A stretch of DNA of 64,000 nucleotides from the NCBI GenBank assembly GCA_043228905.1, contig JBHGNT010000016.1, positions 7,812,001 to 7,876,000 on the forward strand, read 5' to 3'. Both the position numbers and the translations under genes were made by a program. The number at the start of each line of letters is the position of its first letter. Positions within the stretch are counted from its first letter, which is position 1. Positions 24,429 through 38,400 of this stretch are shown here, piece after piece. A model generated the notes under the pieces. It had not been told where the DNA came from. It saw only the letters and a program-made list of their open reading frames with translations, and did not search any database. The stretch is from Azolla caroliniana (Eukaryota; Plantae; Polypodiophyta).

Positions 24429-25670
24429 AGAAATAGGATAAGGTCAGACAAATAGTCATAACATCATGTCGTGATGTAAACATATCATGGGCAAACATTA
24501 ATCGATATCATGATCTCACGTCAATACCCCTCGAGACGTATGAGATGAGGTTCAAGATCAGGTTAATATAGTAACACAAATGTGTTTTAAAAACCATGGG
24601 GGTGACAAGTAAATGTCTTTCCCTGATCTCTATATCGATTTTTTCATGGCAGCTCCCCGAGGCTCAACCATGTATGTCCGCATCATGAGTAGTTTATACA
24701 CGAAAAAAATGTTAGCAATAAACTATGTTTCTGTGCCCACATATGTGGTTTCGGCTCTTTAAGTCCTATTACGAGGACCCCGAAATGCACTTAGACCTCA
24801 AGTCTAAACATGTGTTATAGTCATATATATATCAACGACGTTGTATGGTCTTGGTCATATTTAAACTCGAGACCTCAAGAACAAACGCATTAAACACTTG
24901 AGCCAACCAAGTAGGTTGCTCTTCTTGAATGTTTAATGTTTCAAAAATGCATATAAGAGATATGCGAGGCATTTGCCCATATATGTTTTTTTAAAAGAAA
25001 CATATATGTCAAGAGTCCTTATTTCCCCCTCGTGTACTACAAAATATGTTGGTGCGTTACCTAACCTCAAGTCTCGTAATTACGATGGCATACGCCAAAG
25101 TGCAACCTAATGGTCAAGCCAAATGAGCCCTCTTTTCGTAGTAGGCCCACGTGGCCCATCACATGGTTACGTCATTACGAATGCCTCTCATAAGAATGAT
25201 CTCATGGTGGCATCATATCCATATAACGAGGGAGGGATGTTGGATATGTGTGTGATAGGAGCGACCTCACATGAATTGGGTCAAGCCCTACGTTCTCAAC
25301 ATCATTGTGGCTATAGGCATTTCTTTACGTAATAAAATCGAAGTCAACAACGGGAATGTCAACAATAAAAAATTGTTGAAAAAAGGGATGGTGACAACAT
25401 CATTCTCACAAAAATGTGAGGACGACCACCAAGATCCTTTCACCGAAAAGGAAAACATTCGATATAAAGATCACGTAATATCAAATATACACATATGTTT
25501 ATTTATCACATATATACGATCAAATACGTATACACGTGACCACATATGCGTATATTTAAAAAAATCATAACATCAAATAGCCAACATATGATGAAATCGA
25601 GACACATAATCGAAGCATGTAGCCTCTACGCACACGAAACATCCAAAAATAAGGGTTAATCGTAATACGC

Positions 25671-25860
25671 AATTGAGGTATTGACCTCATATGCATACGA
25701 CACCAAACGCATATCATTTACAACGAAATTGAGGTATTGACCTCATACACATACGTAACATATGTAAGTGAACGTAATACACAATTGAGGTGTTAACCTC
25801 GTACGCATACGACACTAATCACATATTATTTATATGTCAAATGAGGAATTGACCTCATGC
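25671..25860. repeat. Four 56-bp-spaced hairpin units TGAGGT-ATTG-ACCTCA in the chromovirus leader
   Basis: Units at ~25671, 25727, 25783 and 25839 with alternating spacers. Confidence 0.75.
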
Positions 25861-27824
25861 ACATATGTAAACATTTTATATAACCAATTAATTACAACTA
25901 CAACATCATTAAATTAATGAAAACAAGTACATATAGACTATACACATGATTAGATGGGAGAAGAAAAAATAGAAAAAAAATAAGGAAAGAGTTACCGACG
26001 TTCCTTTGTTGATCATTGTCTGGATCAAGGCCGACCACACATCGATCGATCACCATCAATCAACAAAACAAAAGACAACAAAAGAAACATTAGCACATAG
26101 CTCGGATACCAACTGTTAGAGACATGAACTAATGTAAGCATTAGATAAGGAATAGATAGACAGAAAGGAGAGAGAGAAAGAAGGGCGCCGATCCACCCTA
26201 CCACCCCTGAGAGAAGGGATCGACACGGACTCAAGCCTCGATCGGCGTCCCATACCACCGCCATGGCGTTGAGTCGTACCTGGTGCTGGCGCGCTCACTA
26301 CAAGAGTTGACCCACCACAAGACAGAGTCTCAACGTAGTCAACAAGATGATCAAATGAGTGTAGCTAGGCCTCTTATTTATAGCGATACCCAAGGCCCCC
26401 AAGCAAGTTCACACTTGGCCTAATGAGTTGTCTCAATCCCGAGGATTAAAAGTAATCCTCCCCTTCTTTACACTCTCGTTTAACTTATCCACGTGTATAG
26501 AATACTATGGTAAATTCTCACCACTGGATATTATATGGTCATGCCCGTAATAGCTAATAACTTCAATGCCCTGTTATCTTGCAATCAAATTTCTCAACGA
26601 TTCTCAAGATCGAAGAGTTTCAATCATTTAGATTGGTGTCAAACTTGTAGATCCTTGCTGAAGAACCCACATTCGTATAGGCTTTGGAAGTAATCCTTCA
26701 AATGGACACTGGTTGTGAGTTATATCTCGCACTATAGGATTGAGAATAACTCAATCCTTACCCTTTACTCATAAATTAGCCCGCACATACTAATTCATAA
26801 TTGTAATCGTAGTTGTGTGCTAACTCATAATGAACAAAGGGCGAGGGTTGAGTTATCTCAATCCTAACGGTGCAAGATAACTTTCGAGTGTTTCATCACT
26901 TGTCCACTTTTTTATGAAAAAACTACCAAGTGTGAAACATTGAGGGGCATAGTAACTGAGCTTATATAAGAAGGCTACTAGCCACCTTCATGACGGGGGA
27001 TATCTCTTATCTTTATTGTTTTGGAGATAGAGAATATGATAGTGTGGAAAAGTTCTAGTTACTTACATGTGTGCCTCTTGCGTCAAACCCAAGGTAAGAT
27101 CCATGTTCGTACTCAATGGTATGGGACACTGATAGGGGACTTGAATCCGTCTCTCACCTTCATTATGGGTGGTTAGGTGGAGTGGTGCCCTTTCTTCATT
27201 ATTTTCCTTCTTAATTTTGCTTAACATTAATATGGTTATGCTCGTAACAATTAGTTATTCTATTGTAATCTTATCATCAAGTTATCGTGATGATAAGATT
27301 AAGATATCATCATGTTATTCAAGTTTTAAAAAACCATTTGAGCACACGTGGTTGCAATAAATTCACTTCTAGTGTATGTCATTATTGAACATGTTCATTC
27401 TCCCATTGTACCAAATGTTATGCATGATCATGCATTACTATTCATCCCTTATTATCCATGAGTATCAATCTCTAAGCATGTAATTCATTGTTTCTTACTC
27501 CTCAATATGCCCATTGTCTGCACAACAAATACTTCTTTGCTTCTTGACACCAAACAATGTCTATACTATTCTTGGCCATATGTTTGTTAGCTTAACGCTA
27601 AGAAGACTTCAACCTTAACTAGTTAGGGATGATTTACCTTTGACTTAGCTAGAGAAAGCCATAGAGTGAAATACACTACTCGTGAGTTTATTATTATGGA
27701 AGATTTTCCTTTTGATCTCCATTGACTCCTTCATGCAAAGTGGCATCATCCCTCAAAACCCATGAGTTGTTTATTTAATAAAACCCCATAAATCCATTGA
27801 TTCATTCATCCCTTAAAATCCCAT

Positions 27825-28560
27825 CTTTTCCTTCCAATTGTTTTAGTGGGTTTCAAGCCCTTTATCAAAATCCTAAACTTTTGTAAAACTTGTCATTTTC
27901 TCCCTTTATACACACCACATCATGAAATCCATCCAAAGAAAACCAACACATCCTTTAGTATGTGCCAAATGATAGCATGGGTTGGGTGAAACAATTGTCA
28001 TGACCCCCAACTTTTCCTTCTAATTGTTTTATGGGTTTCAAGCACTTTATCGAAATCCTAAACTTTTGTAAAGCTTGTCATTTTCTCCCTTTATACACGC
28101 CACATCATGACATCCATCCTAAGAAAACCAACACATCCTTCAGTATGTGCCAAATGATAGCATGGGTTGGGCGAAACAATTGTCATGACCGCCAACTTTT
28201 CCGTCCAATTGTTTTATGGGTTTCAAGACCTTTATTGAGATCCTAAACTTTTGTAATGCTTGTCATTTTCTCCCTTTATACACACCACATCATGACATCC
28301 ATCCTAAGAAAACCAACACATCCTTTAATATGTGCCAAATGGTATCATGGGTTGGGCGAAACAACTGTCATGACCCCCATCTTTTCCTTCCAATTGTTTT
28401 ATGGGTTTCAAGCCCTTTATCGAAATCCTAAACTTTTGTAAAGCTTGTCATTTTCTCCCTTTATACACACCACATCATGACATCCATCCTAAGAAAACCA
28501 ACACATCATTCAACATTTGCCAAATGATAGCATGGGTTGGGTGAAACAATTATCATGAAC
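27825..28560. repeat. Tandem repeat, ~185-bp unit x4
   Basis: Unit starts at ~27825, 28011, 28196 and 28381 (CTTTTCC.TC.AATTGTTTTA.GGGTTTCAAG...). Confidence 0.93.
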
Positions 28561-28821
28561 ATAAACTTCTTCCTCTTGATTGATGCTCTATCTTATTGAT
28601 ACTCCTAATTATTCAGGTTTGCCCCATTACATACTCCTTTCAATTTTCATCCTTTTTATGGGCATGTCCACCTCTTCCCTCAAAGCTTAAGTCCATACTA
28701 CCCTTGTCTCTTCTACCAATAGAGTTAGTATCATGGCACTTAAGTCCTTCACATCTACTCTCATCGCTTATGGGACGTGTTCTCACACCGACCTTTATTT
28801 CCACTAAAGATTTTTGTTAAC

Positions 28822-29594
28822 TCACACGCGAAATGGTAACACGTTGCTGATGTGCCGAATAGGGTGCGTGGTGTTGTCTCCCGTCTCTATGTAGCCGGGT
28901 CGATCCGGTGTACGCAACTCATTGAACCACTCTTCGTGGGATGTCATGTGATGTGAGGCGCCGGAATCGATGAACCACACATCTTTTGAATTGGAGGTGC
29001 TTTCGGAGTTGTAGACCATCATAGAGTTCGCTCTATGCCTCATTACAAATAGTCCGCCATAATCATCGTATTCGGAGTTGACGACGTAATTCGTGAGTTG
29101 TCGACTTGTCGACTTGTCGAAGCCGGCTAGGTTCTTCTTTTTCGGCACTCCTCCTCGCGATGGCCGATTTTTCCGCAATAGTTGCAAGTTGCGGGCCTCA
29201 TTTGCCGACCTTGTTAGGTGTGGAAGCTCCCCCTTCTTTCGAAGGTTCCTCGATGGCTTCCACGAAGGTTTGAGTTCCCTTCGTGTGATGGGCCGAATTG
29301 GCCTCTTCTACCGCCATGACCTCCTCCTCGGCCACTGTCCGAATTCGAGAAGAACATTTGTCCTTCTGACGTCTTGCTTTCGGTTCAGATGTGGTTCTCT
29401 TCGAGCAATAGCAGTGATTGGAGGTCGAAGAATGAAGGAGGGTTTTCTCTTGCCAAGATTGCCGTCCGTAATGGATCGAATCGTTGTGCGAGGCCGCCCA
29501 AGCATACTTGAACCATCTCGTCTTCGTCGACGTTTATGTTGATAGAACCAAGTGAGTCGCAAATGCTCTTGATCTTGGCAGTGTAGTCCAACAC
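28822..29594 (-). pseudogene. Copia gag-protease fragment (same family as the 43140 element)
   Basis: DYTAKIKSICDSLGSININVDEDEMVQVCLGGLAQRFDP and WFIDSGASHHMT match the 43246 and 44100 regions. Confidence 0.85.
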
Positions 29595-29599
29595 CTAAC

Positions 29600-32239
29600 C
29601 CCTGACACAAAGTGCTTCTCATCATAAAAGGCCGGAGTCCACGGTCTTGTAAAAATGGGGAATGAAGGAGCATGTCGAATCGTCGACATTGAAGATGTGT
29701 GTCTAATGGCATCGACTGGGTGCAGACTAGTGTTGAGAGATGTTCAACATCTTCTGGAATTTCAACTGAACTTGATAGCAGCCGGTCGGCTGGATGATGA
29801 AGGGTACATGGGTAGCATTCAAAATGGCGTGATGAAGTTCTACAAGGGGAGCCTGATCATGGTTCGAGCCTGGAAAACCAACACACTATATATATAATTA
29901 ATGCTCAATATGCCGAGGGGAAATAAACGTGGCAGTTGACACAGTCGGTGAGTTGTGGCATAAGAGGCTATGCCACGTGAACCAGAAGGGAATGTAGATG
30001 CTAGCCGAAAAAAAATTCCTTCCGGAGGTAAGGAAAATGCATCTGGATAAGGGTGTTGATTGCATGGTTGGAAAAGAAATTGAACTGCGTTCTAATCGAG
30101 GCCCCCCATGAGGAAGAAAATGCCGCTAGAACTCGTGCATACGGACGTATGCTACGTGGACATGAAATCACATGCTGGGTCATAGTATTTCGTGACCTTC
30201 ATAGAAGATTGTGGCCGGAAGTTGTAGGCTTCCTTGCTAAAGACGAAGGATCAAGTGCTATCCATCTTCAAAGAGTTCCAAGCGAGGGCTAAGAGAGAGA
30301 CCGGCCGAAAACTGAAGGTAGTCCGAGCAGACAATGGCGGAGAGTATCGTAGACCATTTGAAGTATATTGCCGAACGTAGGGAATTCAGCTCGAGTATAC
30401 CGTGTCGAAGATGCCAGAGCTTAACGGGCTGGCTGAGAGAATGAACCAGACCATAATGGAGAGGGTTCAAAGCATGCTTGCACATGCGAAGTTCCCAAAG
30501 ACGTTCTAGGCTGAGGCGCTGATGACCATATTGTATGTGATAAGTCGATCACCCTAAGTACCCTTGGACAGTGATATTCAACAAAGGGTGTGACACAGAA
30601 AAGACATATTGTACCGACACTTGAGGGTGTTCGGTTGTCTTGCCTATATGCATCTTGCAAAGGACTAGAGGGGGAAGCTGGATTCAAAATCTCGGCCATG
30701 TATATTTCTGGGCTATGACGATGATGAATTCGGCTATTGGCTATGGGACTTAGCCGAGAAGAAAGTGATTATGGGCCGCGACATTGTCTTCATGGAGAAA
30801 AGGACAATAATCGATTGGGAGATTGTGAACAAGTCTCCAACTACCGAATAGAGCTGAGTCGACGCTCGACCGAATCCGAACTAGTCGACCGATTTAATAC
30901 TAGGCAAAACCAAGAACCAATTGAAGAACAAGGGGAACTAGCCGAACGAGGAACCGAATTTGACTCGATCGAAGAAGTAGAAGAAGAACTAGATGAAGAG
31001 CATGTATTGCTAACCGATGAGGGGGGGCCAAAAAGCTTTGAAGAAGCTAAGAACGATACCCATAACCGAAAGTGTTTAAGTGCCATGCAAGAGGAGATGG
31101 ATTCCTTGCATTAGAACCACACATACGAACTGATCGAGTTGCCAAAAGGGAAGAAGGCACTACGGAATAAGTGGGTATACAAACTAAAGCCAGGAGATGG
31201 TAGAAATCCACCCAGATACAAAGCATGAATTGTCGTGAAAGGTTTCCAACAAAAGAAGGGTGTTGATTTCGAGGAAATATTTGCCCAGGTCATGAAGACG
31301 ATGTCAATCCGAACAATGTTGAGCATCGCGGCCAACATGGATCTCGAAGTCGAGCATCTAGATGTCAAGACTGCCTTCCTCCACGAAGATTTGGAGGAAG
31401 AGATATATACATGCACCAGTCGGAAGGATTCATGGAAAAAGGTAAAGAAAACCTGGTATGTCGATTGAGAAAGAGCCTATATGGGTTGAAGCAGGCACCT
31501 CGGCAATGGTACCGAAAATTCGAATATTTCATGGTGGATCATGGTTTCGGAAAGACACAAGCTGACCATTGCGTCCTTGTCAAGAAGTATGATGGAGGTG
31601 ATTTTCCCATCCTCCTGTTGTATGTTGATGACATGTTTATTGTCGGAAAGGACCTGAAGAAAATTGGAAGCTTGAAGAAGGTGTTGAGTAGGTTGTTCTC
31701 GATGAAAGATCTGGGTCCGGCAAAAAAAATCCCGGGAATGCAGATTGTTCGTGACTGAAGAAAGAAATTGTTATGGTTGTCATAGGAGAAGTATGTCACA
31801 AAAGTGCTCCAGAGATTTGGCACGAAAAGTGCAAAACCGATCGGCTTGACATTGCTAACAAACAACAAACTATCCGTGACACAATGTCCGAAATAGAAAA
31901 CCGAGAAGGTTGAGATGTCAAAAGGCCCTTATGCCTTGGTAGTCAGAAGCTTGATGTATACAAGGCCGGACATTGGATACGCAATCGGGGTGGTCAGCTG
32001 ATATATGAGCAATCCCGATAGAGAACATTGGGTTGTTATGAAGTGGATACTTTGATACCTGAGAGGTGCCTCGAATGTGTGTCTCAATTTGGCTCGAGTA
32101 ACACCACATTGGAAGGTTATATGGATTCAGACATGTCGGCTTATGTGGACTCCAACCGATCTATGTCCGGATAAGTGATGACTAATGCGGGGAGAGCTGT
32201 TTTGTGGTAGTCGTGGTTGTAGAAGGCCATGGCGCTATC
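29600..32239 (+). pseudogene. Decayed copia pol (protease remnant, integrase, RT, start of RNase H)
   Basis: LNLIAAGRLDDEGY, DNGGEY, HLDVKTAFLH, LLLYVDDM; many stops. Confidence 0.88.
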
Positions 32240-32542
32240 TGATAGGGTGATAAGATAGATGATAGTCATACACAATATGAGGGCTTGATCAAGTCGATTA
32301 GATGGAGTTGTGAATTATAATAGTTTTTATAGATCCAAGTAACTACGAATTAGAGAGAGAGACTCAAGAAATTAAGACAAAAGGTAGAGAAGATGAGAAA
32401 GAGATAAGAATGTTATAATATTCCACTATCAAGTCAATACAAAGGGGATAAACTCCAAATTGAACCAAAAAACCAAAGAACTTCTTATTTTGAATCACTC
32501 AAACCTACAAATGTCTTTCACTATTCTACCTTAATCTCTTTC

Positions 32543-33054
32543 TATTAGGAATTCGGTCCCTCCGAATGGGATCCGGAGGAGCCGAAGGAAGGAACCAGAT
32601 TGGACCAGAAGGTATCCGGATGGATCCGGTGTGAACCGGATCCAAGGACATATATGCAAATATGTTTTTGGTGTGCTTGTAAATGCTATATTTGTAAATA
32701 GTCTTAAAGTCATATAAGTATAAATATGAGTTAGGTTAATCAGTTTAGGTGTAGTGGTGGTGGTGGTTGTTGTTGTTAGTAGTATCATAGTTGTACAGAG
32801 AGAGAGAGAGAAGAGAAGTCACCGGTTGGTGAAGATATTGAGCTCGAGGTTGTTGCCTATGAGTCTCCTGTTGTACCTCCTTTCTCATATAATGATAGTT
32901 GGAGTATGTGGGCTCCCGTGGTTTTTCCCTGGTAGGGCTTTCCACATAAACATCGTGTGTCGTCTCTTCTGTGTAAGTGTACGAACCTCCATTTCTGTTT
33001 TGTTCTTTCATAAAGTGTTTGACTCTCGGTTGTGGGCGAGTGCTATTCTGCACA
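32543..33054 (+). mobile_element. Solo copia-type LTR, TSD CTTTC
   Basis: T(A)TTAGG...GCACA flanked by CTTTC; CCCGTGGTTTT...TTTCCAC motif shared with the LTRs at 33355 and 57763. Confidence 0.75.
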
Positions 33055-33354
33055 CTTTCTTCCTTCAACTATGCTTCCTTCTTACCACTACTAAGACCTC
33101 TCCTCTACTAAGAATCTCTCTCTTATTTCAAAGGTATCACTTCCCCCCCCTTTAGCCTCCTTCATCTCACTTCTTATAATCTTCTTCCCCCCTCTTTCAT
33201 GCTTTTGTAGAAACTTTTTATCTCCTATTTTTAGCTAAGACGCAATGACCTTCTAATCGTCATATCTCCATCATCCGAGCTCTTAATTTAGAGATTTAAA
33301 AAATTATAGAAATCTCTCTTTACGGCTTTCTAACTCATATTTAAACATGATATT

Positions 33355-35424
33355 TGTTGGGAATATGTCCCTCCAGTGGGAGGAGGAACCGACTGTCCAG
33401 AAGTTGCTAACAGTCGATGACTACGAGGAGCTGACTGATCGGACCAAGGAGTGCCGACAGTCGTAAAAATGGAAGATCTGACTGTTCCGAAAGTCGACAG
33501 TCAAAGAGTCGAAAAAAATGAGTCGATTGTCCGATAGTTCGACTATTATTATTATAGTAATAATAATAATGATACGTAGCAGAGGCTACATTTGTAAATA
33601 GCCCATACATTGTATAAGTATAAATACACTTACGGCAAAACGTGAGAAGGAGTGTAGAATAGAAGTAGCATGAGAGTGTGTGAGACAGAGAGTGAGTGAG
33701 AGCAGCGCCATAGCTGTGTGCGTAACAATAGACGCCAAGAGCCCTGCATGGCTGATACACTCATAGGAGTGTTGTAACATTCTGTGTTGTATATCCACTA
33801 TACATAGTCAAGCTCTGTTCCCGTGGTTTTCTCCCGTTTTAGGGTTTCCACGTTAAATCTCTGTGCACCATTGTTGTCCAGTTTTTTTGGCATATCTGTG
33901 ATTCGTATTTTAGCACAGTTCGTTTATTTTGATTTGACCGAACGATTTCTCAACAAACTGGTATCAAAGCTTGAGGTGCAAAAATGGAAGGAGGTGTGAG
34001 CGGTTTCCCAGGTATGATAGTTCTAAACTCACAGAACTATGTAGACTGGAAGATAAAGATGGAATACCTCCTCATCGTCAAAGACCTGTATGAGCTAGTC
34101 GATAGAGCAGATATACCTAGGGGGGTATTGGAGTCGAATTGGAAACTTCTAAACAGAAAGGCAATGGCCACCATCCGATAGTGCATCGATGTAAGTGTCC
34201 TTCAGCATGTGGCGAATGACACAAATGCCCACGAAATGTGGCAGAAGCTGTCGGGTCTGTATGAGAGGAAGAACGCGCTCAATAAAACCTCGCTGATGAG
34301 AAAAATTGTACGGCTGAAATACAGAGACAGTGAGAGCATCGTCGAACACATCAGTACATTTATGGGGTATCTAAATCAACTTGTTGCGACCAAGTTTCCC
34401 TTGGATGATGCAATGCAGGCCATCCTGCTGATGTGCACACTATCGGACAGTTGGGAGAACCTGGTGGTTACTCTCACCACCTCCTGTCAAGAAGAGAACT
34501 TGTCTTTATAGATGGTGAAGACAAGCATCCTAAATGAGGAGGCAAGGAGGAAAGACAAAGGTGTCCTATCCCAATTAGAGTCGAATATGACTCAACATAT
34601 GGACAGAGGAAGAGACCGGCGAAGAAGAAGTCCGCAATGAGCGGACAAATCCCACGCCAAATCGAAGTCCAGAGGTAAGCCCGTGTGCTTTTATTGTGGA
34701 AAGCCTGGACACTTCCAGAAGGACTATCGACACTTAAAGAAAGATAAGAGTGTCGGAAATAATGTCGAACCTAGGAAAATTCCTGATGAGAAGAACACTT
34801 TGGCCATTGCTAAGAGCAATGAAGAACTCCTATTCATTTGTGAACAGACAAGTGCAAATCTTGCAAGTGAAGATTGCACGTGGGTGATTGATTCCGGGGC
34901 ATCGTTCCATATAACTCCGTCAAGAGAGTATTTCTCGAGTTACATAGTCGGGGATCATGGTTGTGTAAAGATGGGTGACAGTGGAGAGTGCACGGTAACC
35001 GGAGTCTGAAGTGTTTACTTAACGACGTCGACAAGGTGTCGACTGACTCTGAAGGATGTTCGACATGTCCCCGATACCAGATTGAATCTGATATCGACTG
35101 GAAGGTTAGATGACGAAGGCTATAGTGGTAGCTTTCGAAATGGCAAGTGGAAGTTCTGTTGAGGAAATCTTATAGTGGCCCGAGCATAGAAAGAAGGCAC
35201 ATTATATATGATGCATGCCGGACTGTGCAAATCGGAAGTAAATGTAGCAACCGACTCGGAAGGAGAAATATGGCATAAGAGGCTAGGCCACATGAGTGAG
35301 AAGGGAATGCACTTGCTAGCAGAAAAGAAACTTCTACCAGAAGTCAAGGGAGTGCACCTAGAGAAGTGCGTCGACTGCTTAGTCGGAAAGCAGAATAGAG
35401 CAGCATTCCACACAAGACCACCGA
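33355..35424 (+). mobile_element. Copia 5' part: LTR 33355-33955, PBS 33959-33970, decayed gag-protease from 33984
   Basis: TGTTGG...CTCAACA, TGGTATCAAAGC, CFYCGKPGH, WVIDSGASFH, WHKRLGHMSEKG; cut at 35425. Confidence 0.9.
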
Positions 35425-38400
35425 TGTTGTTCGGTCGACAATTACTATTTTGCCGACACAGTATAAGATGAACATTCGTACCGAACGTTCTATCAAGAAG
35501 TTGTGGTTAAACGAATAGAGACGAATTAGTTGTAAACTTATTGGTGATAACAGACACCGAGATCGTGACTTATGTAATATAGTTTAGACAGAATGAAATA
35601 GATAGCAAGAGCGATTCGTACACAGAGATTTCCTAACTAAACTTTATATTAGTAAATACAACGATAGATTTTTACAATGCCTTCGGTTCCTTTTATAGGT
35701 AACCTGAAGGTATTTTCTCATCAAGAAATCCTACTGCCTATAATTATCAAGAATTACAAAACTTCGTAACTAACTATATCCTATTCGGCTATCTGCTGGG
35801 TCATCGATCCGAACTGTCGATCCGAACTGTCGATCCGACTCCGACTCCGATGCATCCATACTTGTCCGGGTAACACTTGGCACGCCCGTGGGGCAACACG
35901 TTGCCCGGCGGACCCCCGGTAACCCCTTCACTCCTGCTGCTTTGAGGGAAGATCGTCCTCCAACTCCAAATCATCGTCTGCGTCGTCCTGTAGAATGTCG
36001 AACAAGGAGGGTTCTTCTTCATGTGGTGCTACGCTGATATCGTCATCATCTTCATCTTTGGCGTCCTCCCCATCGTCGTTTTCCTGGGTAGGTCTCTATA
36101 ATTACTCCGCGGATTCTCCGGCTTTGTCCTGTCCAGCGGGGAACGGGTTAGGTCGCCTAGGTCCCAGGTAAGGTTTTAGGTGAAACCCATTCACCTTTTG
36201 CCGTAGCACTTCTCCGGCCAAGGTGCCAAGTTGAAACGTGTCGTCTTCCACTCCAACTATCCAATACAGGCCGGTCCAGTGGAATCTTAATTTTCCTAGC
36301 ATTTGCCCCATGCATGTTTGAAAAACTAATACTGCTTTCCCGACCGTAAAATCCTTTACACACGCATGACAGTGTCGGTCCACGAATGCTTTGCGCCATC
36401 GTTCTTCCTGTTCCAATATGGCCATACTGTGTAACTGTGTTTTGCCTAGTTCTAACAGTTGTCGTAGCCGTATTCGTTCAGATTTGTCCTCTGCCAGCCG
36501 GTCTCGTACTTGAATATGCAGACTGGGTACCTGGAATTCGATTGGCATCACAGCCTCCAACCCAAATGCTAGCCTGAAAGGTGTGGATTGTATGCTAGTT
36601 TTATAGCTGGTTCGATATGCCCATAATGTGCTATCCAATTTGATATCCCAATCTATTCTGTTCTCATTGACTATCTTTTTGAGGATAGTTTGTAATGTTT
36701 TGTTCGTGGATTCGGCCAAGCCATTTTCCTGGGGTTAATACGGCGTACTCTTTTTATGGACCACAACGTAGTGTTGGGTCAGTTTGTTGATGATCGTATT
36801 CAGCAAGTGACTCCCTTGGTCACTAATAAGCTCAATAGGGCAGCCAAAACGACACCAGATATGTTCGTAAAGGAATTTCATTGTGATTGTCATGGTATTT
36901 TCACATAGTGGTTTCGCTTCTACCCACTTGGTGCAGTAATCCGTAGCCACCACGATATACTTATTGCCGGTTCGGGCAGTCGCCGGGGTAAAGGGTCCCA
37001 CAAAATCCAGCCCCCACTTTTGGAAAGGATCCAACAGCAACACCAGTTGATGTGGCATTCTCGCGACTTCCGTGGGCTGGCCCATCCGTTGGCATAAATC
37101 GCACTGTTTGCAATATTCATACGCATCCTTCTGCGTAGTCAACCACCAAAGTCTTGCTTGCTAGATTTTCCGGGCCGTAACATCGCCCGCGTAGTGTTCT
37201 CTCGCCATACCACAGTGAGGTTCACGTAAAACCATTGCCTTCTCATCCTTCCATATTCCGCGCCTCCAGATGTCGTCACTGCCTTTGTGATATAGGACAC
37301 CTTCGACTAAGTAGAAATTACGACTCCGGACGGCCAGTCATTTTTTCTCGTTCGTCCTTAATTGTGCTGGCAGTAACCCCGTGGTCAGAAAGTAGGTCAT
37401 TTCCATTTCTCCATTATCCAATCTGCTCAAGAAATCCGCCACCGTGTGTTGCGTACCCGGTCGGTGTTGAATGACAAAGTCAAATTCTTGGAGCAACAGC
37501 ATCCATCTAGCCAATTTTCCTGTCAGTGCCTGTTTCCCTACCAGATATAGCAATGTCGTATGATCCACGTGAAATGTGAATTTTCGCCCTAGCAGATAAT
37601 GCCAGAATTTATTGATGTTGTATATCATACCCAACGCTTCCCGTTCCGTTGTGGAATAGTCACGCTCAGCCGTTGATAGTTTCCAACTAGCGTAGTACAC
37701 TGGTCGGTACCAATTCGGCTCCGAGAGCTGCATCAACACACTACCTATCGCTATATCTTAGGCATCCACAAACACGTGAAATGGTTTCGCCCAATCTGGT
37801 GGCTGTACGACCGGTGCCTGCGTTAGTATTATTTTTAGCGCATCATATGCCTTTTCTTCCGTTGCTATCCATTTGAAAGGGGTATGGTGGACGACAGCAT
37901 GTAATGGTGTGGCGAAATCCGCCAAATAGCGTAACATCCGACTATGCCATCATATTTGTCCCAGAAACCGGTTGAGTGCTTTGGCATTTGTCGGCGTGTT
38001 TGCGTGAGTAATCGCGGAGATTTTGTTTGGATCGATTGTTATCCCCTCCTTACTAACTAGGTGGCCGAGGAGGGCTCCACTGGTGACGCCGAAGGCACAT
38101 TTGGCGGGATTCAGGCTTAAGCGTGAAGTTCAGCAACGCTCCAGGCAAAGTTGGAGATGCGTAAAATGTTCGGTTGTTGTCCCATACACCGCAAAATCGT
38201 CTAAAAAGACCTGCATGAAGGCAGGTAAATATTCCCCAAAAATCTCCATGATTGCCCGCTGAAATGTAGTTGGCGCTGTCTTTAGCCCGAACATCATGAC
38301 CACCGCGACATAGACTCCCCAGTCCGTGACAAACGCCGCCTTCTCTTGGTCATTGGGGTGCATGCGTACTTGATTGTACCCACTGAAGCCATCTAGAAAG

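Larger units (their letters stand above)
19925..26552 (-). mobile_element. Full-length decayed chromovirus (Ty3/gypsy); LTRs 26114-26552 (5') and 19925-20381 (3')
   Basis: Paired similar LTRs; PBS TGGTATCCGAGC (26100-26111); PPT AAAGAGGGGGGAG; TSD CCTAA/GCTAA. Confidence 0.93.

Noticed and set aside
27225-27250. A fourth fold-back element (TATGGTTATGCTCGTAACA end)
   Set aside because: Resembles the LTR terminus, but no matching opposite end or TSD was found.
32240-33354. Additional solo LTR hosting the 32543 insertion
   Set aside because: LTR-like composition and a TG start at 32240, but no definable other end or TSD.
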